In this document: piece after piece, positions 1 through 7,956 of the stretch
Position numbering within the stretch: position 1 is the stretch's first letter
Layout: every line of letters begins with the position of its first letter
Source: a virus
Lineage: Duplodnaviria > Heunggongvirae > Uroviricota > Caudoviricetes
Length of the DNA stretch: 22,628 bases
Virus record (IMG/VR): IMGVR_UViG_2861043448_000001
Strand: one strand, 5' to 3'
Notes under the pieces: model-generated
The model's database searches: none
What the model saw: only the letters and a program-made list of their open reading frames with translations
What the model was told of the DNA's origin: nothing
Made by a program: the position numbers and the translations under genes

Positions 1-19
1 CTATTTGATAAATATTAAA

Positions 20-1315
20 TTAATTTTTCATTGCTTCGTTATGGGGCATGGTTGGGGCAAACTCGCTTAACTGTGTATTTAACAAAGCTACCTGTGCATT
101 ATTGTTTTCAGACATCCATTTTCCGTATACCTGAAATACCATTTGCGCATCTGCATGGCCCATCTGGTTTGCTATAAATGCCGGGTTAGCACCAGCTGTC
201 AGCGACCAGCAGGCATAAGTATGTCTCGACTGATATGATTTTCGATGGCGGAGTCCGGCACGTTTTATCGCTGCGTCCCACATCTGCCTTATTGAGTCAA
301 CGGTAAAATGGTCACCATAATTTTTTACTCTCGCTGACACTTCAGGTTGAAAAACAAAGGTGCATTTTTGTTTTTCTGTTCTGCCATACTCTCTGAGGTG
401 AACATCAATGATATGCTCTTTGCTCAGTCTCGTTAATGTCATCTGACTCCGGAGAGCGTCGATTGCTGGCTTAATAAGATGAATGACCCGATTGGTTCCC
501 GCCTGTGTTTTTGGTACCGTGAAACGGTCTTTTGCTAAATTTCTCCTGATCATCATTGTTCCATTTTTCAGATCTATGTCCTCCCATCCAAGTGCACACA
601 GCTCACCAGGGCGAACGCCAGTATAAACAGAAACACACCATAAATTTTTTGCTTGCTGATTTCTGCACGCATCGATAAGACGGATAAATTCTTCCCGCGA
701 AAGAGGATCCGGAATGGTTCTTGATTCCTTTAATGGCGAGATCCCCTTAAACGGATTATCTGCCAGGTAACCGTTATCAACACCAAACTGGAACACGGCG
801 TTAAGATTTGTCATGTAATTATTTACAGTTACAGCCGATCTCCCTGGTTGTGTAACAATATAGTTACTTTTGGGGATCTGGTATCCAGTCAGTAACTCTT
901 TACGAACCTCCAGTAATTTTTCTTTATTAATCGATGAGGCAAGATTTTTTTCACCGATTATGCTCAGGATATTTTTGATGACGGCACGGTATGTGTTGAG
1001 TGATGTTTTGGCGACTTCAGTTTCTTTCAGTGCCAGAAATTTTTCAGCCAGTTCTTTTATGGTTAAATCTTGTCGGGCCTCACCAAATTTTTCCAGATTG
1101 CGTGAGGAGGGAAACTGTTTTGCATAGTCGAAAACACCAGTTTTTATTGCGTAACAAACAGAGGAGCGTAGTTCACCTGCAACGCGCCTGTTTTTTGCTG
1201 TGTCAGGAACCCCCAGGTTTTCCCTGACTCTTACGCCTTTATAAACAAACCAGATACGTAATTTCCCTCCATGGTTTTCCACGCCTGTCGGATATTTCAT
1301 TTCAACTTCTCTCAT
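20..1315 (-). CDS. int: tyrosine-type phage integrase
   Basis: 431-aa ORF; C-terminal catalytic box ...SRHTYACWSLTAGANPAFIANQMGHADAQMVFQVYGKW (R-H-x-x-R ... H ... Y) typical of lambda-family integrases. The second in-frame ATG (MKYPTG, about nt 1300) has a purine-rich SD-like GAGAGAAG upstream and may be the real start. Confidence 0.9.
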   Translation of the reverse strand: MREVEMKYPTGVENHGGKLRIWFVYKGVRVRENLGVPDTAKNRRVAGELRSSVCYAIKTGVFDYAKQFPSSRNLEKFGEARQDLTIKELAEKFLALKETEVAKTSLNTYRAVIKNILSIIGEKNLASSINKEKLLEVRKELLTGYQIPKSNYIVTQPGRSAVTVNNYMTNLNAVFQFGVDNGYLADNPFKGISPLKESRTIPDPLSREEFIRLIDACRNQQAKNLWCVSVYTGVRPGELCALGWEDIDLKNGTMMIRRNLAKDRFTVPKTQAGTNRVIHLIKPAIDALRSQMTLTRLSKEHIIDVHLREYGRTEKQKCTFVFQPEVSARVKNYGDHFTVDSIRQMWDAAIKRAGLRHRKSYQSRHTYACWSLTAGANPAFIANQMGHADAQMVFQVYGKWMSENNNAQVALLNTQLSEFAPTMPHNEAMKN

Positions 1316-1334
1316 TAGTTAGTGTGGCTTTTAG

Positions 1335-1586
1335 TCAAGTAAGATGACGTCTTGGTCTCGCTGATGCCTGGCGCTCAATCCAGCGATCAATTTCTTCCAG
1401 GTTGTAAAAGCATGGACTGTTATCCCATGGCATACCGTCATGAGCGACATGCTTATATTCCCTTCCTTCCATAAACGATTTTTCCCGGGCCTTTTTTAAC
1501 GTACCTTTTTTTATTCCTTTCAGCGCAATTAACTGCTCTTCGGATACCCATTTGCCGGGAGAGACAATCATGATTACTTCGCTCAT
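1335..1586 (-). CDS. xis: excisionase-like DNA-binding protein (Xis)
   Basis: 83-aa ORF immediately upstream of int on the same strand; ...EGREYKHVAHDG... resembles the lambda Xis DGREYLFHESA segment as recalled; classic int-xis arrangement. Confidence 0.7.
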   Translation of the reverse strand: MSEVIMIVSPGKWVSEEQLIALKGIKKGTLKKAREKSFMEGREYKHVAHDGMPWDNSPCFYNLEEIDRWIERQASARPRRHLT

Positions 1587-1658
1587 CGATTTCTTTATCT
1601 CTTACATTAGACGAGCGCCGGTTGCAGAATACCAGTCACAACCGGCGACAGTTGAACA

Positions 1659-4130
1659 TTAAGAATCAGCCTGACTCGGGATCAGTTTTTGCCAGATAAC
1701 TGAAACGTATTTTGCCTGGTAACGGGCGTCATCAAGTGCATTATGGCGCTCACCTTCGAATTGAATAGCCGTTCTGGCATCGAAGTCTATGACTTTCCCC
1801 AGCTCAACGATTGTGCGTACATCGCGATCGTTGTAGTAACGCCACGGGCAGGGGATCCCCTGCCGTTCGTATGAACGGCGCAAAATCGTGTTGTCGAAGT
1901 TGGCTCCATTCCCCCAAACCTGAACAAAAAATTCACCGGAGTTTTCGTCGATAAATTCCCGCAATTGTAACAGTGCATCATCTAACGGGATTTCATCGGT
2001 CATAATGGCAGATTGCGCTTCGCGTGATTGCTTAAGCCACCATTTAATGGTGTCCCGATCAATGACTCCGCCAGCAGTTTCCAGATCGATAGTCTTACTA
2101 AATTCCGGTCCCATATCTCCGGTTTGCGGATCGAAAAATATTGCACCTATTGAGGTGATCGGGGCATCAGGATTTTTTCCCATGGTTTCAAGGTCGATCA
2201 TTAGATGGTCACACGTCCTGCTGGTGGATGTGATTTCGTGATGACCGTTCACCTTAATTGGGTGATCTGCCGTCTCGCCAGTTTCATTATCGCTATTGTG
2301 ATGCTGATTGCCGCCAGTGTTCTCCTTGTGTGGATGTTCAGCGCCTTCCATTTCCTCCGGATCATCTTCCTGAACTTCAACCTGATACTCTTCATCGAAT
2401 GTTTCTTGGTATGTTGCGTCGCCCATCACCGCGCCACAATCAGGGCAGTTGCCGCCGCCGGTCTGACCGCAGGCGGTGCAGACTTTTTCCACTTCCTGTT
2501 GCGCTACTGGTTCAGGCTGTTTCGTTTCTGGCTCGTTTTGTAACGCATTTGGACTGTTTTGTTCCGCTTTTTGGTAGTTCCGTTCCGATTCATGCTGGTT
2601 CTGGTTCACAGAATCGCGGGTCTGGATCCCCTTAACCCATTTCGGATCATTCGGGTCACTAATCCCTTCAACAAATTCACCACGTGATGCAGCAAGCAAC
2701 TTATCAGCGTCAGGCTGGCTGATATTGGCTGCCTGCATAATTTTGTTTACTTCGTCAGCGGTAACTTTTATCGGCTCTGGTTGTTCTGAATCTTCAGCGG
2801 TATCTACATTTTGCGGTAAGCCCGTGTATGTGCCATTTTTTCGGGCAAAATATTCTTCTTTTGTGATTTCAGTGGCGCCAGCAGCCAGTGCCTTATCCAG
2901 ACCAGAAAGTTTGTTTGCGCGACCGTATTTTTCTCCGTCCTTATCTGCGAAGAGGAAATAGAACGGCCCCTCACGCTCTACAGATGGTTCAGCTTCCGGC
3001 GCGGTTTCATTTTTTGGGATATCAGATACCTCAGTTTCCACTGCATCAGTTTGTGTTTCTGATGACTGGAGAACATCAACAGTGCCCAGGTCTGTTTCTT
3101 CATTCTCAAACACGCCCTTTGTCGTCAGGTATTCGCAGATATATTTGTTCAGTGCTACGGGATCTTTGTGAATGTCGATCGGACGCTCACGGACAAGGCC
3201 AAAAATAGTTTGGCGGTCGTAGCGAAGGGCATCAGGCTGTTTGCGCATTGATGCCGAGATACGCTTCCAGTCTTCGCGGTCGTTGTCGATAACTTCTTTT
3301 TTTGCCCAGCGATGGATGCTGCCGTCAATGTTTCCGGCATCCACATCACCAGGCCAGAGAGCGTAGGCCAGTTCGTCATCCAGTGTTTTCCATGTCTGCT
3401 TGTATTCGCGATGAATGGCAGCAATGACCGGGCTGATTTTTCCTGTTGAATTTTCAGTGTACTGTTGATTGGCTCTGGCGCGTGCGAGATCAACAACAGA
3501 CGTGTATTTTCCGGTTTCCTTGCGTTCACCTTCGCGACGTTTTTTCCAGATGCGCATCTCTGCCTGAATTTCGGGCCATTTAGCACCAGGAATACATTTA
3601 TGCTTAACCCACCCAATGGCGTGCAACTTAAGCTCCGGATACATGGCGTTAACTTCTGGCATTTTCATCAACGCTTCAACGATATGTCCGTCGAATGTTG
3701 CCATGTCTTCCTGCAACAATTCCTGTGCGCTAATAACCATATCAACGGTGATGTTTTCACATGTGTCGAACTTAACCATGACAGCGTTCTGTACTTCAGG
3801 GGCCAGCTTGTCAAAAGTGACGTTCATCGGATCGGATTCAGTCTCAACCGGGACAAAAGAAGCAGACTCCTCATCCCAGCGGTTTTCCTGCATATATTCA
3901 GCATCCCATGAATCGAGGGCAGGGCGGGGTATGCCAGGTTTATCCTCGCAGACAATAAATTTATAAGCGCAGTCCTGAGCAGCCGGATAATGTTCCAGGA
4001 ATTGCCAGTGAAATTTTGCTCGAGCACGGCGTTCGTCGCCAGCTTCAATGGCTGTGGCTACAGCCACAGCGCCTTCTTCCCTTGTTGCCAGTTCGTCAGG
4101 AATAGCGGCGCAAATAAAGACTTTACTCAT
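1659..4130 (-). CDS. large prophage exonuclease (exodeoxyribonuclease VIII-like) with C-terminal DEDD-type 3'-5' exonuclease domain
   Basis: 823-aa ORF. C-terminal about 180 aa carry DnaQ-like motifs (MIDLETMG ... HNALDDARY). Central acidic low-complexity linker and a C-x2-C-x7-C-x2-C zinc-ribbon-like cluster (CTACGQTGGGNCPDCG). A mid-region segment (DKLLAASRGEFVEGISDPNDPKWVKGIQTRD) seems to match my recollection of RecE, which I cannot verify. Confidence 0.75.
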   Translation of the reverse strand: MSKVFICAAIPDELATREEGAVAVATAIEAGDERRARAKFHWQFLEHYPAAQDCAYKFIVCEDKPGIPRPALDSWDAEYMQENRWDEESASFVPVETESDPMNVTFDKLAPEVQNAVMVKFDTCENITVDMVISAQELLQEDMATFDGHIVEALMKMPEVNAMYPELKLHAIGWVKHKCIPGAKWPEIQAEMRIWKKRREGERKETGKYTSVVDLARARANQQYTENSTGKISPVIAAIHREYKQTWKTLDDELAYALWPGDVDAGNIDGSIHRWAKKEVIDNDREDWKRISASMRKQPDALRYDRQTIFGLVRERPIDIHKDPVALNKYICEYLTTKGVFENEETDLGTVDVLQSSETQTDAVETEVSDIPKNETAPEAEPSVEREGPFYFLFADKDGEKYGRANKLSGLDKALAAGATEITKEEYFARKNGTYTGLPQNVDTAEDSEQPEPIKVTADEVNKIMQAANISQPDADKLLAASRGEFVEGISDPNDPKWVKGIQTRDSVNQNQHESERNYQKAEQNSPNALQNEPETKQPEPVAQQEVEKVCTACGQTGGGNCPDCGAVMGDATYQETFDEEYQVEVQEDDPEEMEGAEHPHKENTGGNQHHNSDNETGETADHPIKVNGHHEITSTSRTCDHLMIDLETMGKNPDAPITSIGAIFFDPQTGDMGPEFSKTIDLETAGGVIDRDTIKWWLKQSREAQSAIMTDEIPLDDALLQLREFIDENSGEFFVQVWGNGANFDNTILRRSYERQGIPCPWRYYNDRDVRTIVELGKVIDFDARTAIQFEGERHNALDDARYQAKYVSVIWQKLIPSQADS

Positions 4131-4223
4131 TTTGTTTTAACCTCATGACAGATTTAAGGATGAACAAATCCCTGCCATTGCTGGCATATAAGAATGAAAC
4201 CGGATATTTATTACGGAACTGTT

Positions 4224-4415
4224 TTAAAGACCTGCCGGGATTTCGATATTATCCTGGTTAATAACTTTATCGACCGGGTAACAGTTACCGGGAATTTTCT
4301 GTTCGGTTGCTGCAGTCATACACTCCTGCATTGTCCTGTGAACACTGACTGCAATATCAACTGGCACTCCGGAAACAAGAAAAACTGTCAGAACAAGCGC
4401 AAATGCTGAATTCAT
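4224..4415 (-). CDS. small hypothetical protein with signal-peptide-like hydrophobic N-terminus
   Basis: 63 codons from ATG at 4415-4413 (MNSAFALVLTVFLVSGVPV...); the start overlaps the stop of the upstream ORF as ATGA (translational coupling); AAGGA SD-like upstream. Confidence 0.4.
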   Translation of the reverse strand: MNSAFALVLTVFLVSGVPVDIAVSVHRTMQECMTAATEQKIPGNCYPVDKVINQDNIEIPAGL

Positions 4416-4600
4416 TGTGCACATCCTTTTGGCATCAGACGTAAACGAGCCAGCATTGAAACAATGCATATTTTATTTAATAGCTCCCGTTCTTGTTTTC
4501 TCTTGTTAATGGCATCTTCAGTAAATACAGGGTTACTGATAGTGACACCAATTTCAAAACAACCTTCAGACGTATTAACGTTTGGTAATAACGTTTTCAT
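4412..4600 (-). CDS. hypothetical small early protein
   Basis: 62-aa ORF with GAGGA SD 8 nt upstream of the ATG; coupled to the downstream small ORF; sits next to the operator-like palindromes in the divergent control region. Confidence 0.45.
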   Translation of the reverse strand: MKTLLPNVNTSEGCFEIGVTISNPVFTEDAINKRKQERELLNKICIVSMLARLRLMPKGCAQ

Positions 4601-4652
4601 TATCGCGTCCTCAACAATGAATTTTGTGATGCAGTGCCTGGTGCCTCCAGGT

Positions 4653-4679
4653 GACGTTAACCAGTTAACAATTAACGTC
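4653..4679. promoter_or_regulatory. operator-like dyad: GACGTTAAC-CA-GTTAAC-AA-TTAACGTC
   Basis: 8-bp perfect inverted repeat (GACGTTAA / TTAACGTC) enclosing two GTTAAC palindromes, in the divergent intergenic region between leftward early genes and the rightward replication gene. Confidence 0.35.
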
Positions 4680-4743
4680 GGATATCCGGATTAGTGATTT
4701 CAGGTTGTATCGTGAGATCAGTGATGGAAAAAGTATTACGTAC

Positions 4744-4926
4744 ATGATCGCCGGGTTAAATAAAGAATATGGCGATGTGGTGGAATCCGGACTGCTTTTT
4801 GCAGATCCTGCCGTTGTAGATCGTGAAACTGACGAACTTATAGAAAAAGCAATTGCTTTCAAGCTTGCGTATCGACAGCAATACCAACAAAAAGCTGGAT
4901 GGAATTATGAGTCTTCTTTTTGCTGA
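4744..4926 (+). CDS. hypothetical small protein (first rightward ORF)
   Basis: ORF in the track from TTG at 4705; first ATG at 4744 (MIAGLNKEYGDV...). Overlaps the start of the replication gene by about 20 nt. Weak SD; could be a cro/cII-position gene or spurious. Confidence 0.3.
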   Translation: MIAGLNKEYGDVVESGLLFADPAVVDRETDELIEKAIAFKLAYRQQYQQKAGWNYESSFC

Positions 4927-5872
4927 ACGCCCACTGGTTATAAACACGCAGCTGGCAATGAAAATTGGCTTAAACGAAGCCATTGTTTTGCAACAACTGC
5001 ACTACTGGTTGAGAGATACCAACTCCGGCATGGAATGTGATGGTGTTCGCTGGATTTATAACACAACGGAACAATGGCTGGAACAGTTCCCATTCTGGTC
5101 AGAGTCAACGTTAAAGCGCGCGTTTGCAAGTCTGAAAACGCTGGGGCTTTTGCGTTGTGAAAAGCTCAATAAATCAAAGCGCGATATGACCAATTTCTAC
5201 ACGATCAACTACGGGAGCGAGCTTTTAGATGGTGGCAAATTGAGCGAATCCATCGGTTTAAAATGCGCCGCTCCATCAGGTCAAAATGACACGATGGAAG
5301 AGGTCAAAATGAAACGCTCCATTGGTTCAAAACGACTCAATGTCATCGGGTCAAAATGGCCTGATGATCTTACAGAGAATACAACAGAGATTACTACAGA
5401 GAATAAAAAGACTTCTCGTCCGGAAGCTTCGCAACCGGACCCGCAGACGGTTGAACAGGATTTTTTAACCCGACACCCTGACGCGGTTGTGTTCAGTGCG
5501 AAAAAACGCCAGTGGGGCAGCCAGGAAGATTTGGCGTGTGCGCAGTGGATCTGGGGGCGAATCGTGAGTCTTTACGAGCAGGCCGCCAGCGATGATGGCG
5601 AGATTTCGCGACCGAAAGAACCCAACTGGACCGCATGGGCCAACGACGTGCGCACAATGCGGATGCTGGATGGCAGAACTCACAGACAAATTTGTGAAAT
5701 GTTTGGTCGGGTGCAGCGGGATCCATTCTGGGTAAAAAATATCATGAGTCCGTCAAAGCTTCGCGAAAAATGGGATGAACTGGTTATCCGCCTGGGGCGT
5801 TCGTCTGTACAGCGTTGTGTGAATCATATTTCTGAGCCGGATACCGAAATTCCGCCGGGCTTCAGGGGGTAA
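4907..5872 (+). CDS. phage replication initiation / replisome-organiser protein with DnaT-like C-terminal domain
   Basis: N-terminal HTH-like region (RPLVINTQLAMKIGLNEAIVLQQLHYWL...), linker with amino-acid repeats, C-terminal region (ACAQWIWGRIV...WTAWANDVRTMRMLDGRTHRQICEMFG...DPFWVKNIMSPSKLREKWDEL) resembling primosomal DnaT C-terminal domains. ATG at 4907 is preferred over the upstream TTG at 4853. Confidence 0.75.
   Translation: MSLLFAERPLVINTQLAMKIGLNEAIVLQQLHYWLRDTNSGMECDGVRWIYNTTEQWLEQFPFWSESTLKRAFASLKTLGLLRCEKLNKSKRDMTNFYTINYGSELLDGGKLSESIGLKCAAPSGQNDTMEEVKMKRSIGSKRLNVIGSKWPDDLTENTTEITTENKKTSRPEASQPDPQTVEQDFLTRHPDAVVFSAKKRQWGSQEDLACAQWIWGRIVSLYEQAASDDGEISRPKEPNWTAWANDVRTMRMLDGRTHRQICEMFGRVQRDPFWVKNIMSPSKLREKWDELVIRLGRSSVQRCVNHISEPDTEIPPGFRG
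5371..5406. repeat. three tandem 12-bp iteron-like repeats (NNACAGAGAWTA) in the replication-gene linker
   Basis: ttACAGAGAATA caACAGAGATTA ctACAGAGAATA, encoding TENTTEITTEN; position is analogous to lambda ori inside gene O. Confidence 0.3.
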
Positions 5873-5912
5873 GTGTTAATTTCTGGTCATGAGGTAATTT
5901 TCAGGAGGGCTT

Positions 5913-6335
5913 GTGGCAAAAGTTTTTACACAAGAAGAGCGGGAAAAAATTAAAGGGCAGGTTGTTGAACTCGTACGCCGGAGTGGGCGTGAGACGTTAC
6001 GGCAACTGGAAGTCAAGACAGGTGCGACAAGATATCTGATGAGCGTTCTCGCAAGAGAGCTGGTTGCCAGCGGCGATGTATACAACTCTGGTTACGGGTT
6101 ATTCCCGTTTGAACAGGCGCGTAAGGACTGGCAAAATGCCCGTAAAAAGCTCTCAAGGGCAAAGCTGAAGGAACCATCTGCGGTTGATCCGGACCTTATC
6201 TGGTCATTACCTGACGGAGAAATACGTCGTTACGACAGGCGTCATAATATGATTTGTACTGAGTGTCGTAAAAGCGAAGTTATGCAGCGCATATTGTCGT
6301 TTTATCAGGGGGATGTCCGGTATTTATTGAAGTGA
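5913..6335 (+). CDS. hypothetical protein (140 aa)
   Basis: GTG start 5 nt after a strong SD (CAGGAGGG); no recognisable domain from sequence alone. Confidence 0.6.
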   Translation: MAKVFTQEEREKIKGQVVELVRRSGRETLRQLEVKTGATRYLMSVLARELVASGDVYNSGYGLFPFEQARKDWQNARKKLSRAKLKEPSAVDPDLIWSLPDGEIRRYDRRHNMICTECRKSEVMQRILSFYQGDVRYLLK

Positions 6336-6403
6336 CGAGATTAAAGTGCATTAGTTCAGATGCAAATTGACATTTTGTGGCACAGGGTAGAGCTAGCGTG
6401 GTT

Positions 6404-6427
6404 GTCCGCTTTGTGCCAAGAGCGGAC
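6404..6427. repeat. 24-bp hairpin element, copy 1 (GTCCGCTTTGTGCCAAGAGCGGAC)
   Basis: Near-identical to the copy at 7619-7642; 9-bp stem, 6-nt loop; lies about 40 bp outside the 3' end of the GIY-YIG gene. Confidence 0.5.
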
Positions 6428-6464
6428 TTTGCAAAATGGGGGTTATTTCAATCAAAACGTAACG

Positions 6465-7409
6465 TCACAACCAGCCGACGCTCTCTCGCCATTTATAATT
6501 AGTAACTTTATCATTTTCGCTTATTTTTTTAGATATAGAGCGCGGCTCTCTTCCTAGATACTCAGATATTTCTATCGGGGACAAATCAAAATCAACAAGC
6601 ATGACTCTAAGTTTTTCCATTTCCTTTAAAGTCCAAGGCTTGCCATAATTTTCATAAAGAGATACCTTATGCTCCCTGATAGTTCGCTTTCTCTGAGTTT
6701 CACTTTCCCTCTGAAAAATCTCGCTTTTAAATTGTGAACGGAACTCTTTACAGAAGTTGTTATCAGTTTTTTTGTTATATAGATTGCTAAAAATAAGCTG
6801 GGATGCCGGGTCTAAATCAGGTGTGTTAATAATGAAAACTTTGACCTTTTCCATATAGGGATATTCAATTTTACCCAATATGCTTAATTGCTTTATATTA
6901 AAAAAACCTCTCAAATCAAAAGATTTAATGAGCTTTGATTGGATTACACTTTCAATCCTGCTTGCATTTAAATAACAGTACTTTGCCATTGGAAGGGCCC
7001 ATACTACCAGTTGAGGAATATATTTTTCTAATGCAATGCTCTGCCAATCAGTATCAAAGGTTTGGCTTTTTGCTAGCATGTTTTTCGGCAAATCAGAATA
7101 CATTGTGGTAGATGCCCATATCTTATAATCATTCGCCAAGGCTTGATAGTATTTTGTGTGGTTATGAATTTTATAAGCTGACATGAAGCGATAAACGTCT
7201 TCGTCGTGACCAGCGTCGTAAATTGTTCGATTTCCTCTAAGATAACCGTCGTAATGTTCGGTTATCCTTCTACCTACATTACAACTTACCCCAACGTAAA
7301 CCACACGACTGAAAAGTCCTTTATGGACAATAAGATAAACTCCGCTACAGCCAGATTTCCTGGCCTCTGATAGAGAACCTAAAAATCTCCATTCCATAAT
7401 TAAATCCAT
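6465..7409 (-). CDS. GIY-YIG nuclease-domain protein (314 aa) with uncharacterised C-terminal region
   Basis: N-terminus CSGVYLIVHKGLFSRVVYVGVSCNVGRRITEHY fits GIY-x(about 12)-YVG ... R ... E spacing of GIY-YIG nucleases. The gene is markedly AT-rich compared with flanking phage genes. Confidence 0.75.
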   Translation of the reverse strand: MDLIMEWRFLGSLSEARKSGCSGVYLIVHKGLFSRVVYVGVSCNVGRRITEHYDGYLRGNRTIYDAGHDEDVYRFMSAYKIHNHTKYYQALANDYKIWASTTMYSDLPKNMLAKSQTFDTDWQSIALEKYIPQLVVWALPMAKYCYLNASRIESVIQSKLIKSFDLRGFFNIKQLSILGKIEYPYMEKVKVFIINTPDLDPASQLIFSNLYNKKTDNNFCKEFRSQFKSEIFQRESETQRKRTIREHKVSLYENYGKPWTLKEMEKLRVMLVDFDLSPIEISEYLGREPRSISKKISENDKVTNYKWRESVGWL

Positions 7410-7579
7410 AATTATTGCTACTGTTTTTGTTTATCATTATTTTCGTGAAACTTCAACAATTTTATCCAAAAGCTAAGGGCAAAGACTTATATAATTATAC
7501 TTGTCATCGTTAGCGATTATATAGAGTAGTGGCGCTGACCTGCTCCCTGGTGATTCACACAGAATGCTGTTAGTAATGT

Positions 7580-7642
7580 CCGTTCCTCGCTCTCAGCGGA
7601 CCTTCAGCTCAGTGATATCGTCCGCTCTGTGCAAAGAGCGGA
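7580..7642. repeat. two tandem hairpin elements (GTCCGTTCCTCGCTCTCAGCGGAC and GTCCGCTCTGTGCAAAGAGCGGAC)
   Basis: Second unit is a perfect 9-bp stem with 6-nt loop and matches the copy at 6404-6427; located in the 547-bp spacer between the GIY-YIG gene and the 449-aa gene. A further CCGCTCT-containing imperfect dyad occurs near 7760-7790. Confidence 0.45.
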
Positions 7643-7956
7643 CGTTGGTATGCAAGAGCCCTCCAAAAGTTGATGGTTGGTTTGCAGGGGGGCTTAAAGA
7701 AACTGCACTTATCAAGTTGAAGTTCTGTATTCAGCGAAATCGTAGCACTCTGACGATAAGTAACTCCGGTACTCCGCTCTTCGATGAAGAACCAGAGTAA
7801 TCCCCCCGAAAAACCAGCGCATCAAAATTGGATCTTCAGCGGTAGCTTATCGGCTATCGGAAGTACAGGTGTGGATTCGTGGTGAATTGCTTTGATAATA
7901 AACGATTAATACGGAAAAACGCATTAATCATTTATTAGCTTTTAGTAAACCACAAT

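Noticed and set aside
2005-3966. Multiple plus-strand ORFs (78-153 aa) within the exonuclease gene region
   Set aside because: All are embedded in or antisense to the 823-aa exonuclease ORF, which has strong domain support; no independent signals.
7564-7800. 78-aa plus-strand ORF in the spacer between the GIY-YIG and 449-aa genes
   Set aside because: It spans the hairpin-repeat region, has no RBS, and its translation is low-complexity; the interval is better explained as structured non-coding DNA.
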